NCBI RefSeq assembly: GCF_024521635.1
Contig: NW_026250415.1
Coordinates: forward strand, 372,001-436,000
Length of the DNA stretch: 64,000 nt
Direction: 5' to 3'
Origin: Tricharina praecox
Taxonomy: Eukaryota
The notes below the pieces were generated by a model. That model was given only the letters and a program-made list of their open reading frames with translations, did no database searches and was not told the origin of the DNA. Shown here piece after piece: positions 37,155 through 50,262 of the stretch (the stretch's first letter is position 1; each line of letters starts with the position of its first letter). A program made the translations under genes and the position numbers.

Positions 37155-38083
37155 ATGAGACCACCACCGACTTTGTTTTCAAGAGCGTTGAATGTGGCGA
37201 GAGTTCCGTGGACCTGTGTGCAGTGCACCACCACGAAGGCCATAGCGACACCGTACAGCGCCTTCAAGACGACGTCCAGACAGCAGTTCTTCTCCAGCAC
37301 GCCACTACGGAAACAATCCACCACCACCATACCGCCGACAGCAACAGTGCCACAAACATCACGACCCAACTACCGACCGCAGTACCGGCAACGAAACCAA
37401 GACTTACTGTACTACACACTGAGGTTAGCCCGGCGCCCTTCCCCCCGGAATTCCTCGGCATTGACATATCACCGCGTGCAGTCTCGGAATCGCAACGCTC
37501 ACGCTCGCGTACGCCTCTGTCCCGCTCTACCGGGCAATCTGCCAACGCACCGGCTTCGGCGGCGTGCCAATAACCGACCAAACCCGCTTCACGCCGGACA
37601 AGCTGATTCCTGTGACGGCGGCGTCTCGGATCCGCGTGACCTTCTCCTCCAGCGTGTCGGACGTGCTCGAATGGAAGTTCACACCGCAACAGCGCGAGGT
37701 GCGCGTGCTCCCCGGCGAGACGGCGCTCGCGTTCTACACCGCTACGAACAACAGCAAGGAGGATATCATCGGCGTCGCGACGTACAGTGTCACGCCGGGC
37801 CAGGTCGCGCCATATTTTAGCAAGATCCAGTGTTTTTGCTTCGAGGAGCAGAAGTTGAATGCCGGAGAGACGGTCGATATGCCCGTCTTCTTCTTCATCG
37901 ACCCCGAGTTTTGTGACGATCCGGCTATGAAGGGAATCGACACCGTTACGTTGAGCTATACGTTCTTCAGTAAGTGATCCTCTTGGTTTGAAGGAGTGGA
38001 CGTCTGCTAATGGATTTGCAGAGGCGAAGTACGATGACAATGGGAATGTGAGGCCACTACCCGTGAGAAACTCGGCCACTTGA
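37155..38083 (+). CDS. COX11: Cytochrome c oxidase copper chaperone Cox11 (3 exons)
   Basis: YASVPLYRAICQRTGFGG, WKFTPQQREVRVLPGETALAFYTATN, YFSKIQCFCFEEQKL, VDMPVFFFIDPEF. Confidence 0.97.
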
Positions 38084-38292
38084 GGAGGAGGCTAGGTTGT
38101 ATAATAGACATGACGGAGTTGTACGATATTTAGACCGGCTCTGGGAGACTGGGACTCGGAGTCTTGTATATAGAAAATGAGGCTTGATGCAAGATCACAT
38201 GACGTCACTCGTCAGATGCCACACAAGTGCGGCTCCAAAGTGACGAACCAGCCACTTATGCAGCTCGCCTAATTTCAGAGTTGCGCATTGAA

Positions 38293-38390
38293 ACTGGGGA
38301 AAGTGGTGCACCACTACGAAATTCTAAGCGCCTTAAACAAATATATGGCGTTAGACCACATAGAGCAGAACGGGTGATCGACTGTGATGT
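38293..38390 (-). repeat. Dispersed ~100-bp element, copy 2
   Basis: Reverse complement of 17706-17808; contains the perfect palindrome AGTGGTGCACCACT. Confidence 0.85.
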
Positions 38391-38542
38391 GGTATCCCTC
38401 TTCCTCAAACCTTCGCATGCAAACGAAATGAAAACAAGCAAAACATTATCAACGAAAAGAGAAATGAAAGAAATCCCAACAACCAGAGACCCCAGAAACC
38501 TCCAGCCGCGATAAAAGAAAAGATGCGAAAGAAATGATCGTC

Positions 38543-40509
38543 TCAAAAATGCGGCCAGTAGTTGCTCCATGGAACAACGTCGAAGGAGCCCTTCGGAAGG
38601 CTGCGAAGACTAATGAACGACTCGACTACCACGAAAAACCTAGCAGCGAGGATGAAGAGGGCATGGAGAGCTAAGAAACTAAAGAGTAAGAATAACAACA
38701 ACCGCCTCATGTAATTCAGCACCTGGTATTTCCAACCTCGACTCTTCGTACCCCTTCTCTCCATACCTCGACTCTCCGTACCTTGATTCTCCATACCTCT
38801 CTCCATACCTTGACTCTCCGTACCTCGATTCTCCATAACTTTCAGGCTCGTTTTGCGTAAAATTTCGTTGAGCTCATCCATGCCTCGATAAATACAGATT
38901 CCCAGTGGTATCCCGGTCGCGAGCCCAACTGAGGAGATCCTCCGGAATAGGAGCTCAACTTCACTTGGCATGTGTGTATTCCATGCCCCGGCATGAGCAC
39001 CGCCATAAGTCACAGAGAAAGCCACAAGCACAAGCCACGATTTCCTCCGGACCATTTTGGGCCGCGCAGAGCCACACTGCAGCACCATACGTGACCGAGC
39101 ACATAAATTCGACCGAGCCGAACTGTCAAACCTAATTTCCCGAGGCCAGAGGCTAAATGCTGTGTCGCATCGATTTCGGAGGGCGGGCCCTCTCGCAGAA
39201 TCATCACCATCGGATGGGGGCCACAAAAGAAAGGAGTTAAACCAGCGGGTATAGTAGAACAAATGGTGGAAATTTTGTTTCCGAATACGACGGCTGCGTG
39301 TACGAAAGCGGTTGCCTTCCAAGCGCTCAGGGTATTTTGTGTCCATATGGGCTGGTTGGCTCTCTATCCCGGCGTCTGCAGGCACGCCAGGCACGTGAAG
39401 CACATCCTCAACCGTTTCCTCCACATAAGAAGTACGATTCTTTGCTCCAAGGACCGTCGGAACATCCTTCGCATCGTTCCTGTGAGGGATATGGTCCTGT
39501 ATGACGGGGTCTGCAGGCCCATCTCGAACCATACCCTTCACGCGAGAAGTAGAATTCGGTATTCCAGAGTCCACCTGCACATGCGGTACTGTATCTTTCT
39601 TGTAAGTGTCATGAGTCTGTTTTCTGAAAATTGGTGGTCGACGGTCGTGGCTTCCATCGAACGAACAGTATATCTTCTCCGCCAGGTCTGGTTCGAGACG
39701 CAGCACGACGGGGTATTGGATATCCATTGGCTTATGCCACCAGAACCCGTATATTGCAACAGCACAAAGCACGTGCATGATGGTGTGGAGCTCGATCAGC
39801 GTAAGAGGGAGTCGACTTGCCAGGCGTCCGGCTCCCTGGACGACGAGCCACTGAAAAACATATTAGCAGTCCTCTCGTTACCATTAAAAAAGGGGGAAAA
39901 AAGAAAAAGGAAGTATTTATGGATTTCTTACAAAAGCCTGGATACAAACAATGACCTTGGCTAGCCCATCAACTTTCGATTTATCCTTGACCACCCGGGC
40001 TCAAGGTCTTCGGCCTCTATTCCACCTTGTGCGTATAATAGAGCAAAGCCCTGGGGTGTCAACGTCACAGGATGTCCATAAGCCTTCTCGGGCCCAGGAT
40101 GCACAGCATATCCCCCCATCAGAACGAAAAATGCAGACGTTAGGCTGAAGTGCGGTTCCTGTATATCCAGTCGGGTTCTCTGTATCTCTAGGATTTTCTT
40201 TCGGATTGCACGGGTCTCGAGGAATTGATTGTATGCGATCCAGAGGACAAATTCCGGAGCAAACATTCCCAGAAAAATCCACCAAAGCCTGAACAGGAGT
40301 AATCGTACACGGGTCGGTTGAGGGTTGATATTCATGTGTACCGCCGTCCACACGCAGAGACCGAGCGTAATGAGGCACGGCAGCAAGATACCCATGGTCC
40401 CCCACCGTGTAGGTTCCTCGCCCCACGACGGCTACGTTTCGGCGACTGGAAGAGCGAGCGTGCGGCGGACATGGCTCGCCGCGAGTAACCCGATGATGGT
40501 TTTCATCAT
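38543..40509 (-). pseudogene. Pseudogene of a widespread uncharacterised fungal multi-pass membrane protein family
   Basis: Family motifs GT.GIL..CLITLGLCVWTAVHMN, FAPEFVLWIAYNQ, AFFVLMGG, DKSK.DGLAKVIVCIQA, LPLTLIELHT..HV.CA...Y.FWWHKPMDI, YGGAHAGAWN, ESFISLRSLP.G.F..VPWS.YWPHF. Lesions: in-frame TAG at 40432-40434 and a 1-nt deletion near 39996. Intron 39931-39851. Confidence 0.8.
38737..38837. repeat. 15-bp minisatellite inside the membrane-protein pseudogene
   Basis: ctYgaYtctccRtac units encoding MENRG TESQG MERG MENQG TESRG MERRG TKSRG. Confidence 0.8.
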
Positions 40510-41883
40510 TCTGGCAGCGCTTAGTTGCAGAAATCATGTCTTTGATGGAGGACCAACCTGCTCGCTTCCTTCATCCGAATATCGATTCCCTCATTTTGTC
40601 TCTTCTAAAATCCGGCGATGATAATTGTATGTAGGCCACGCAGAATTCCTCACACCGGCACTCCTGGCGGTAAGTCTTGGGAACTGCGTGGAAGAGGAGG
40701 ACTTGGTGTATACTGCAATCCGTCGTTCCGCCGTCGCTTTCGTTCGTGTCGCCCGGAGAGCCGAGTATAGTACCGGTAGCTCTTGGCTGTTGAGTTGACA
40801 GAAAGCCCCAAGATAATATCCCGCAGTAGAGGCAACCCGTCTTCTTACGAACTTTGCGTTTCCCCCGCTTTCCTTAATTTCTTCTTGTGATGCACACGTG
40901 TTCGACACTGCCACCTCTTGCTGGCCAACCTCACGAATGTACGTCGAGCTGATGGCCGTCACATTCGCCCTACCATTGGTTTGACGTAGCGAAGGGTCTC
41001 AGATACCACCTCAACAGCCCGTCCACCTAGAAATTTGCTTTTTTTTAAGGTAACACGCCGCCAGTTGGGGTTGACTGGATTTATTGACTCGACCATCAAC
41101 TACATTAACCATCATTCGCTTGGCTTGGTGAGTCATAACATCCCCATCCAATCTGAGTTGAATTTCGTCCGTGTACATACCTATGTGTTTCCGCTATCAA
41201 TCCACTGGTTTGCTTCGGTATTCTCTAGCCCACTGCTTCCTACGAAGTCTTCCCTGCCAAATCAACCATAGCTTCCATTAAAATACTTGAATATAGCAAG
41301 TGTGTTTCCGTAGGGTAGGTATTGTCGATCAATCGAACACACATTCAGTCGTGAATCGACGGTGATATCTCACAAGATCACTCGGTTGTCTTGTTGAGCT
41401 AGACGGACCGGATATCTCTTGTATTTCTGTTCGATAGCTCTGCCATGGTCTACTAAGGTCGGATGCAATGATGATTAAACAAAAAAAAATAGTCTGTTCG
41501 ATAGCTGTTTCTCGGGGTCGGGTCGTGGTTGGTTATTGATTCGTCGTCCTTTTTTATAGCTCGCGATTTTCTTCTGCGCGCCGCTCTTGAACATCCCGAC
41601 GTCTTTCGGTATCCCACGCATTGATCCACCTCACGCATACTTCTCGATCAAACTCTTCCCAGGGTCGGTGCTTTCTCCTACGGGCATCGCGTTGCTGTCG
41701 TGTGGTGGGTGTCGAACGCGTAGCATCGCAACTTACTATTGAGTGCGCGCGCCAAGACACTCGCCCATTACCTCGTCTACTGACAACCACTCCCACCTCT
41801 CTAATCAAGCGGGTGGCCTTCACCCCACGGTCCCGCCCCTCCACCTCCCATTCTTCCTCCTCCATATCCTCGAGTCGCCAGCA

Positions 41884-43997
41884 ATGAAGGGTCTACGCAT
41901 GGACGAACTCTCGGCGGAGGTAGAAGTCCTAGAATCGTATGTGCATGCATGGGCCCCGCCGCGTCCCGTCCACACACCCCTCTAATCAAGCTCAGGAAGC
42001 TCGCCAAAACCGCCGAATTGACCAGCAAAATCTCGCTTTCGCTAAAAAAGCTATCCGCCAGCGCGCAGCAGGTTGAGACTGCCGTCAAGCCAATATACTC
42101 CAAGACGCAATCGCTTACTGTGCTCTCGTCGAGTGCGTGCCAATCTATATTGAGTTGGTCTACGGGAAGGTGCTGATCATGTGAGTGGCATAGATATCGA
42201 CGAGACTATCAATGCGATTGACCGAGTGCGCCAGCCATCGGATGCTGTGTCGAAGGAGGAGGGGACCATACGACGGGGGTGCGTACATGATTCTTCCGGC
42301 GGGGATTTTGCGGGAAGGTGCTGATGCTGGGTGTGTACAGGCCACAGAAAGTCGGGCTTACCGCGTACCTGGCATCGCTGAAGCGGGTTAATGAGGGCTT
42401 GTCCGTGCTGAAGCAGTCGAATCTACGGAGCTCCCAGAAGGTTGTGCAGCAGATGACGGGGCTGCTGAAGGCCGGGAGCATGCAGCTAGAAGAGCTATTC
42501 CGACAGTCGTTGGCCGAGGACTCGCAGTCTGTAGAACCGCTACATTATATCACCAAAGGTTCTACTCTATTGTTCGTATTGAGGAGAATAGGAGCTGACA
42601 GACCGGCTTCTTCCTCGTGATAGATCTTCCGTTCCCGACCTTCAGCTCGCAGAAAACGAATACCCTTGCTGTTTTGAACGATTTCCTTTCCTCAACGCTT
42701 GCTACAGCATCAGGGCTACAGTCCAATGCTACCACGATCTATGCCGAAGTGCGTGGGCCGTACATTACCTCCTCGTTATCCACACTCGCTCTCGCGGCAA
42801 TCAACACGACTCGTCGCAATACCACGGCGGCGTATGAGAGGGGCTCGAACGGTATCGGAATGTATACAAGCTCACTAGAAGGCATATTCGACGCCGAGTA
42901 CGAAAACATCTGCCACCTCTTCGCGTCAAACACCTGGTCGACGGTGTACCACGGCACCACTGAGCCCGCCATGGCCGTGTTCAAGCGTACGATACAGGAT
43001 CTCAACACCTTCATCACGCGAAACATGTCCACCGATTTGTATCTCGCCTACGAGATCATTGAATGCGTGCAGCCGACCAGTGCCCGGCTGAAATCCAAGA
43101 CTGGAGAGCAGAGGGAGTTCACGGATGCTCTGAAACCGATACGACAGACGGCGCAAAGCAGCTTCAACTTTATGCTCGAAGACTTGAAGCGTGCTGGGCA
43201 AATAATGGTGGTGCTGCCGGTAGACTTCACCGTCGCCGAAATCACCAAGGACACCATGGCACGCCTGCAAAAGTTATCGGAATACCAATCGTCAATCTCG
43301 AGTCTCCTCGTCGCCCTCGGCGACGGAAACTGGAAGCGTCCCTATGACTCTCTGAATCCGAATCTCACCTCCTTTGACGTGGGCGCGGACGGTGCTCTCC
43401 TGCTATCCCACTTCCTCCTCGAGATGGTGGACCAGCTCATCACCGAGCTCGAAGGCAAATCACATGGTCTCCTCAAGAAGAAATCGAATATTGCAGTGTT
43501 CATGACCAACAACGTATCCTTTATCGAGGCCACTATCCGCCGCAGTGACTTGAGCAAGATCATGACGGGCACTGCACTCAGCAAAATCGAGAAGTGGAGG
43601 AAGGATGCTATCAAGCTGTATATGGAGTCCTGGAAGGAGTGTGCAGCTTTCCTGATGGATGTTACGTACACCAAGCAGCAGCAGGGTGGTAAGGGCCTTA
43701 CGGGCAAGGAGAAGGAGGGGGTTAAAGATAAATTCAAGGTACTTACTCTCCGCATCTAACTACCCCCCTCCGCCCCTCACTAACCTGAGATAGAACTTCA
43801 ATATTGCCTTTGAAGATTTGGTCACCAAGCACAAGGCCTATAACTTCGATAAAGACGTGCGGACCATGCTCTCCAAGGAGATTGGATTCGTGGGCCCACT
43901 TTATGGAAGGTTCTATGATAAGTATAAGGACGTCATCAGCTCGAAGTATGTCAAATACGATCGGCCGAGTTTGGATGCGATACTGGGTGGATTGTAG
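41884..43997 (+). CDS. EXO70: Exocyst complex component Exo70 (6 exons)
   Basis: SAEVEVL, SNLRSSQK, VEPLHYITK|DLPFP, YAEVRGPYI, YERGSNGIGMY, LVALGDGNWK, FMTNN, KEKEGVKDKFK|NFNIAFEDLV, FYDKY. All five introns are GT-AG with branch sites. Confidence 0.93.
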
Positions 43998-44430
43998 TTA
44001 ATCGGATGGGCTACGAAGGGGATGGAGTTTTATATCATGGCGCTTTGTGTTTTTCCTGTACGTTTTAATGATGGTGGCGATACCCAGTTAATTTAATCAG
44101 CGGGTACTTCTTATACACAGTGACAGTTGTCTGATGGTTTAGAGGGGGCCCTGCATCGTAGGTCTCCCACGGTATCACTCGTGGATAGCCAAGTCCCCGG
44201 ACCTATCTCGGCCCAGTGCAGCAGTATGATAATTGCTGCCGAGGCACCTGTCATGCACGCACCCCAGAAAAAGACGAGTGAGATATCAAACTTTTTTAAT
44301 TCACATCTCCAAGGTATCAAATAATTCCCCAAGCGCACGTCATAACCCGTAGCGACTTCATGTACATGTACACCCAACGAAAGAGAAACAGAAACAATAA
44401 TCAATCGCCAGCCAGAACCGGAAACCCCCC

Positions 44431-45854
44431 TTACAAAACCTCATTAACCCACAGTCCCGCCATTCCCATGCCGGTGCCGATACACATGGTATTGACAAAC
44501 AGCTTCTTCTTCTGTCTCCGCATCTCTGCGAGGCCAGTGACGACCTGTCTGCAACCCGTGGCGCCGAGAGGGTGGCCGAGGGCGATGGCGCCACCCCGGG
44601 GGTTCACCTTCTCGACGTCCAGCTTCAGCTTGTCGACACAGTACACGGCCATCGAAGCGAATGCCTCGTTCAGCTCAAAGATGTCGATGTCGTCTACCGT
44701 GAGCCCGAACTTATTCAACAGCTTGGGAACGACGATGGATGGACCAATACCCATGATCCTGTGGGCGGTGGGTTAGCAAGAAACGGATAGACCAGTGAGG
44801 GGAGGGAGATGACAAACCTGGGAGGAAGACCAGCGACTGTGGCGCCGCAGAACTTTGCGAGAATAGGCTGTCCCAGCTTCTCCGCTACACTTCTCTTCAT
44901 CAGCAGCACGGCGGCGGCACCATCCGTGACCTGGCTCGAGTTTCCACCCGTGCTCCGATCACCCCACTGCGTGAACGCCGGGCGGATCTTGCTGAGCCCC
45001 TCGTAGGTAGTTCCGTAGCGAATGCCGTCGTCCGCAGAAACAGTAACCTGCTTCTCCTCGCCCGTCTTCGGATCCTTCCACGTCGTGGTGATGGGAACGA
45101 TCTCCTCGGCGAAGAGCCCGGACTTCTGCGCGGCCTCGGCGCGCTGGAACGAGGCCGCCGCGTAGCGATCCTGCCGCTCGCGCGGGATGTCAAAGTCGCT
45201 GCCGACATTCTCGCTCGTCTGGCCCATGGTCATGGAGCAGTCCGCGGCGTCCTGGTTCGCGCCTGTAATGGCGGCGGAGAATCCTGGGCCCTGCTTGTCC
45301 ACGTTGAGGGACATCTGCTCGATTCCGATCGCCACGCCGACATCGATGGACCCGCAGCTGATCTGGTTCGCGATGTTCTGGATGGCCACTAGGCCGGAGG
45401 AGCAGAAGCGGTTGGTCGAGGAGACGGAGGTGGTGTTCGGGAAGCCGGCGGCGAGCGCCGCGGCGCGCGCTTTGTAGGGGACGCCGACTTCGTTCACGTT
45501 GCCGACGCAGATATCTTCCACTGCTGATGGGTCGATCTTGGAGCGGGAGAGGAGGTGCTGCATCAGCTGCATCAACAAGATGTCGACGGGTGTGTCTTTG
45601 AGACCGCCCTGGTGGGTGTTAGCAATGCGTGTGTGGGAGGGAGAGGGGGGGGAATTACCTTGAAGGCTTTGGTCAATGGCGTGCGCATAGCACAGGTCAG
45701 GACTACATCGTCGGCATTCTTTGATGTCCTGTATCGAAACGAATCATGAGCTCAACCCCCCATGCAGCGCATCCCAGAGAACCTACACAGCTGAAACACC
45801 AGAGGTGTTGCCCTTCAAGTGACCGAGGATGTTGGAGAGACGTTGAGAAGACAT
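44431..45854 (-). CDS. POT1: Peroxisomal 3-ketoacyl-CoA thiolase with PTS2 (4 exons)
   Basis: N-terminal RLSNILGHL fits PTS2 (RLx5HL). Catalytic motifs NRFCSSGL, STGGNSSQVTDGAAAV, ELNEAFAS, GGAIALGHPLGATG, MCIGTGMG. Confidence 0.95.
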
Positions 45855-46430
45855 GGTGTAGTATGTGGAGTATGCTGCTACAATGTGGAGGAAGGAAGAA
45901 GTATGGAAGAAGGATGAGAAGTTCTTAAGGTAAATCCGGTTGTTGCGGAGACCGCGTGCGCGTGAGCTCGGCTCTTCCGTCACAAGTAATGGGCCGAGGT
46001 CGAGGTGACGGAGCTAAATAATTGTGGCAACAGGTGCTACACAGCTTGTGATACGTGAACCGGGGTTGACGCACCACCCCCGCACAACCCGTGGATACCA
46101 GTGCCGGTACAGAAGGAAGGCCAATAGACAACTCGGTCGAAAGCGGTACTTTCTACCATTTTGGCCGATGGAAGGCCGACGAAATGCCGACTGCCTATAC
46201 GCTGACCAAATGGCCACACGCGTGGCGGAGTAATTCACGCCTTATTCGCACGGGAAGCCGGCATCACTCGGGCGTTCAAAGGGTCTGGTCTAATTCATTA
46301 CTCCGAGACTCATACACCAACACTACTCTCTAATACTCACTGTGCGCTCGCTCGCTCCCTGACTTGCCCTTTCACCCAGATAAGATACAACCCATTCACC
46401 GTGTGTTGATCCCACCCCACCTTGAGCACT

Positions 46431-47472
46431 TCAAAGACATCCAAGGAATTCAATGGTAAACACGATGGGCTCCGTCGTTTCGATCTTGACGACGTCGTCG
46501 ATGGTGTGATTACTAGTGCTCACCATTCCGCCAAACTTCGTTTCGGTATTGGTCAAATTCCACTCGAACCCCTCGGTAGAGATGGTCGAAGGGCCGCCGA
46601 CGGGAATGATACCGCAACACGGTCCCAACAGCGACCGTGGAGTCTTCACAGTATTCCTCCCCGGTGCGAGCAGGAACGTCACGTTCTGATCGCTGAAGAG
46701 GTATATCTGTCGCCCCAGACCCGGCCCTTGCTGTGCAGTGAACAGCATGTGAATCTGGCGTGGGTAAGCGTCAGCACCTCGCTCCCGTCTCAAGATCGCA
46801 AATAACAAAAACCCCTTACAGAATGAAAACTCTGATCAACTCTCCCGCCGACTGCCCCGAGCGCGACAACAGTCAACTTGGGATGCTCGACTCTCACGCC
46901 CTCGGCGGTAAGTGATGCTTCGACCGTGTTGGGTGTCACGAAGGAATCTGGCGGGTCATGGGTCGCGATGTAGCGCATGCATTTGCCGAAGTCTGTCGAG
47001 TTCTGGTCTGCATCTTGAGATACTTCGACGCCTCGGGACTCGTAGTAGGCTCGCACATCGGGACGGAGCGAATCGAGGTCTCCGATTATCGTATTGGGAA
47101 GCTGGGAATCCGTTAGTGAGATACTTCTTCACGCGCGGAGTTGAGCGGGGTGAATCACAAATTTTGGTCTCTCTTTCGAGCTCAAGAAATCGAACAACCT
47201 ATTTGCACCTCCATCTGCGCAAACACGCACCGTCGCTATTTACACATCATCAGCTCGAGCTCCGTGTGCCGTATGCGGCGAGGCGACTAACTGTTTTTCC
47301 ACAACGCAGTAAAAAACTTGTTGGTGATTTTTTGGTTCAGTATCAGCAGTGCGAAAGGCGGTCTCTCCCGGGCGACCTCTCCGGCGTCGTAGTAGCTCGA
47401 AGGGTCCCAGTAAGTGACCGCGGGTAAGGGTTCGACGCAGGAACTGCCGACCTTCGACTCTTCGCATCCCAT
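46431..47472 (-). CDS. THI80: Thiamine pyrophosphokinase (4 exons)
   Basis: ALLILNQ, VCADGGANRLFD, IIGDLDS, DQNSTDFGKC, LGAVGGRVDQ, CGIIP, TEGFEWNL, FGGMVSTSN. Confidence 0.95.
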
Positions 47473-47998
47473 GGTGATTGTGTAAGTGCTGTTCTGGATG
47501 GTACTCTGGGACCTGGGTCGGTAGCGGAGGATGAGAGACAAATGGTGGAACGGGTAGGCATGCTATGGAAACGAGACTGCGAGGTATGTACCTAAGCAAG
47601 TAGGTTCGTAGGTGTTTACGGCAGAAACAGAGTTACAGCTACATCCGGTTGGCTTCTAGAAGGAACTAAGTGCTCTGCCACCATGGAAGAAGCATCGCAT
47701 CGCTTTCAATGTTTCCATTTTTGATCCAGATTCCCGTATATCGATATTTCGATTTCATCTAACAAGTAGTAGTTGACCGAACAATTTCACAGCCGAGTCC
47801 ACTGCCTGCGCGGCAGCGGCAGTCGCGGAGAGCCGCTAGTTAGAAACCAAGCTACCGAGCAAGCAACGCTTAGAAATCCGCAATTCCGCATCCGAAAAAA
47901 TGCCCAAAACACTCGCAAGCAAGTTCCACTGACGTACCCACCTCTCCGACGACGAAACCGATCCCCACCCCCGACACTCACTCAACCACCGCATCACG

Positions 47999-48991
47999 AT
48001 GTTCGGTACTACAGCTCGCTCGGTACTGCGACGAAGCGTCGTCTCTACCCCTCTCACCCGCCAATCCCGAACCCTCTTCATCTCCGCAGCAAAGCCGCGA
48101 TGGAGCCTCAAATCGACCGCCCTGCGATGGGTCGCCCTCGGTGGAGTAATCTACTACTACGGCACGTCTAGCGCTTTCGCCGAAGAGCCGAAATGTACGC
48201 CGACCTACCTACCCCGGGGTTCAAACTAGCTCTGACGTGGTGCAGTCATCGAAGAACGGCCGCCACAATCTACAATCGACGAGGAGCGTCCCCCATCGCT
48301 GATCGACGATGTCAGAAAGGCGGCGAAGGAGAGGCAGGGGCAGGCAACTGAGGGCGATGAGGACTCGGAACACGTGTCACCCACCGTCAAAAGCGAGGCG
48401 AACGGCGCACCCGTGGCGCAGCCCGGTAGCAAGGAGGTGGGATCGATTGAAGCCGGAGCTGGAGAACTGGCGGAAGAGGCTGGACAGGAGGGCGCCTTTA
48501 ACCCTGAGACTGGGGAGATCAATTGGGACTGCCCTTGCTTGGGCGGAATGGCACATGGACCTTGGTATGTTGCGGCTGGGATGGGGACAATAGCGCGGAG
48601 GTGCTGATGAGATGCAGTGGAGAGGATTTCAAGGCGGCTTTCAGCTGCTTCGTTTACTCGACAGCTGATCCTAAGGGTGTTGACTGCGTCGACAAGTTCA
48701 AGGCTATGCAGACTTGCTTCCAGGCGGTATGTGCTCCATTGCCAAGTTCACGGGAAAACTATGCTGACCAACCGATTCCAGCACCCCGAAATCTACGGTG
48801 CCGAGCTCGATGACGATGAGGACGAGTTAGACATTGAGAAGCCGGTAGACGCACAGGTTGAGGAGCCGCAAGAGTCGCGTGTTGAGAGGCCAGAGATCAC
48901 AGAGGTCGATCCGACGCCGAGTGACGCGCCACTTAAGGACAAGAAACCGGAGGACAAGCCGGAGGACAAGAAGCCGGAGGACACACAGTAG
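47999..48991 (+). CDS. MIA40: Mitochondrial intermembrane-space oxidoreductase Mia40 (4 exons)
   Basis: Presequence plus TM segment. [36 protein letters not shown]...[16 protein letters not shown] gives the CPC motif and twin CX9C. Confidence 0.97.
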
Positions 48992-49463
48992 AAGATGTAC
49001 GGATGTGAAGAAAAAAAAACGCCGTTTGTGATGTACAATAGACAAATCACCAAATGCATTATCTAAGGATCGGACGTAGTATCGCAGGTTGCGTGTGGAT
49101 TTACATGACCATAAAAGAAAGAAAGCACAGTCTGTCACCCGAAAAAAAGAATTGATCCCGCTCTGCGGCTTAATTTTAGTCTGTTCCGTTTCCGAGGCTC
49201 TCGTGCTCTCGTGACGGGTTGTCACGAGGGGTAAGTACTTGGACAGATCCCTAGTTGGGCCAGAAGGCTTGGTGAAACCAATCGCAACTGGGCCAATCGA
49301 CATACGTCATAGGTTTGATTGGAGAGAAACTTTCAAGTACAAAGCCGCCCGCGTCCGATTCCCCGTCTTTCGGACACCACATCGCACACCAAACACAAAC
49401 CACACCACCACCCACCACAAACACCACAACCACCACCACTCATCCACCCATCCAAACTTCATC

Positions 49464-50262
49464 ATGTCCGAGTCAGGTTCTGAGATGTCCTACGCCGATG
49501 TTGTAGCCAGCGGCCCCCAGCAGTCGGCGGAAGAAGTGAGTTCCCTCGTACCCCCACGATCGTCGGATCACATGCCTTGGTATCTGTTTGTATGTTACTC
49601 GGAATCACTAACACGAAATGTTTCGATTCTAGGCGTACGTCCAACCTCTCATGACGATGGCAGTCGCGATGGAAACAATCCAACTGACGATGAAACATAC
49701 AGCCGTGCCAACCCTGTTGACGAGGTCATACCCACCGACCAATCCGTTGAGTCCCTCATCGACGTGAACACCGGAGTCGCCGTGGTGCCCAACGACTTCT
49801 TGGAGCAGGAGGTTTGTGTTTCCCCGGCCCACCCACTACTATCCCACCCCCGCCGGTGACCCCGCTAACCCACTCCACCTCCAGGTCCAGACCGAGACAC
49901 AAGCGAAGCGCATAGAGCTCGAGGAAGCTGCCGCTGCCGAGGCTGCCGAAGCCGCCGAAGCCGAGAAGAAGGCCGAGAAGAGGGAAGCGAGAAAAGAAAA
50001 GGCCTCCGACAAGGCATCCGACAAGGCGGCAAAGAAGGAGAAGGCGAAGACTCTGGCGCAGAACCCGATCATTCAGGCGAACGGAGTTCTCTTCGCTATT
50101 GCGGCTATCGCTCTCGGCTTTGGCGCCTACCGGAAGCACCAGGCGGGACAGCTCACCTGGAAACTCGCCGGGCTCTGGAGTGTGGGAGTCGCCACGCTTG
50201 TGGGAGGCGACTATTGCCTCAGCAACTTCCTGTGGAAGAAGTACCCTTTCTCGAAGAAATAA
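49464..50262 (+). CDS. Mitochondrial outer membrane protein OM14-like (4 exons, including a 2-nt micro-exon)
   Basis: MSYADVVASGPQQSAEE-A-RANP, ESLIDV..GV.VVP.DFLEQE|VQTETQAKRIELE, and C-terminal TMs ending KKYP. Introns 49536-49632, 49635-49702 and 49812-49884. Confidence 0.8.

Noticed and set aside
40432-40434. TAG in the membrane-protein gene as an RNA-editing site
   Set aside because: A downstream frameshift disables the gene anyway, so CAG-to-TAG decay is the simpler explanation.
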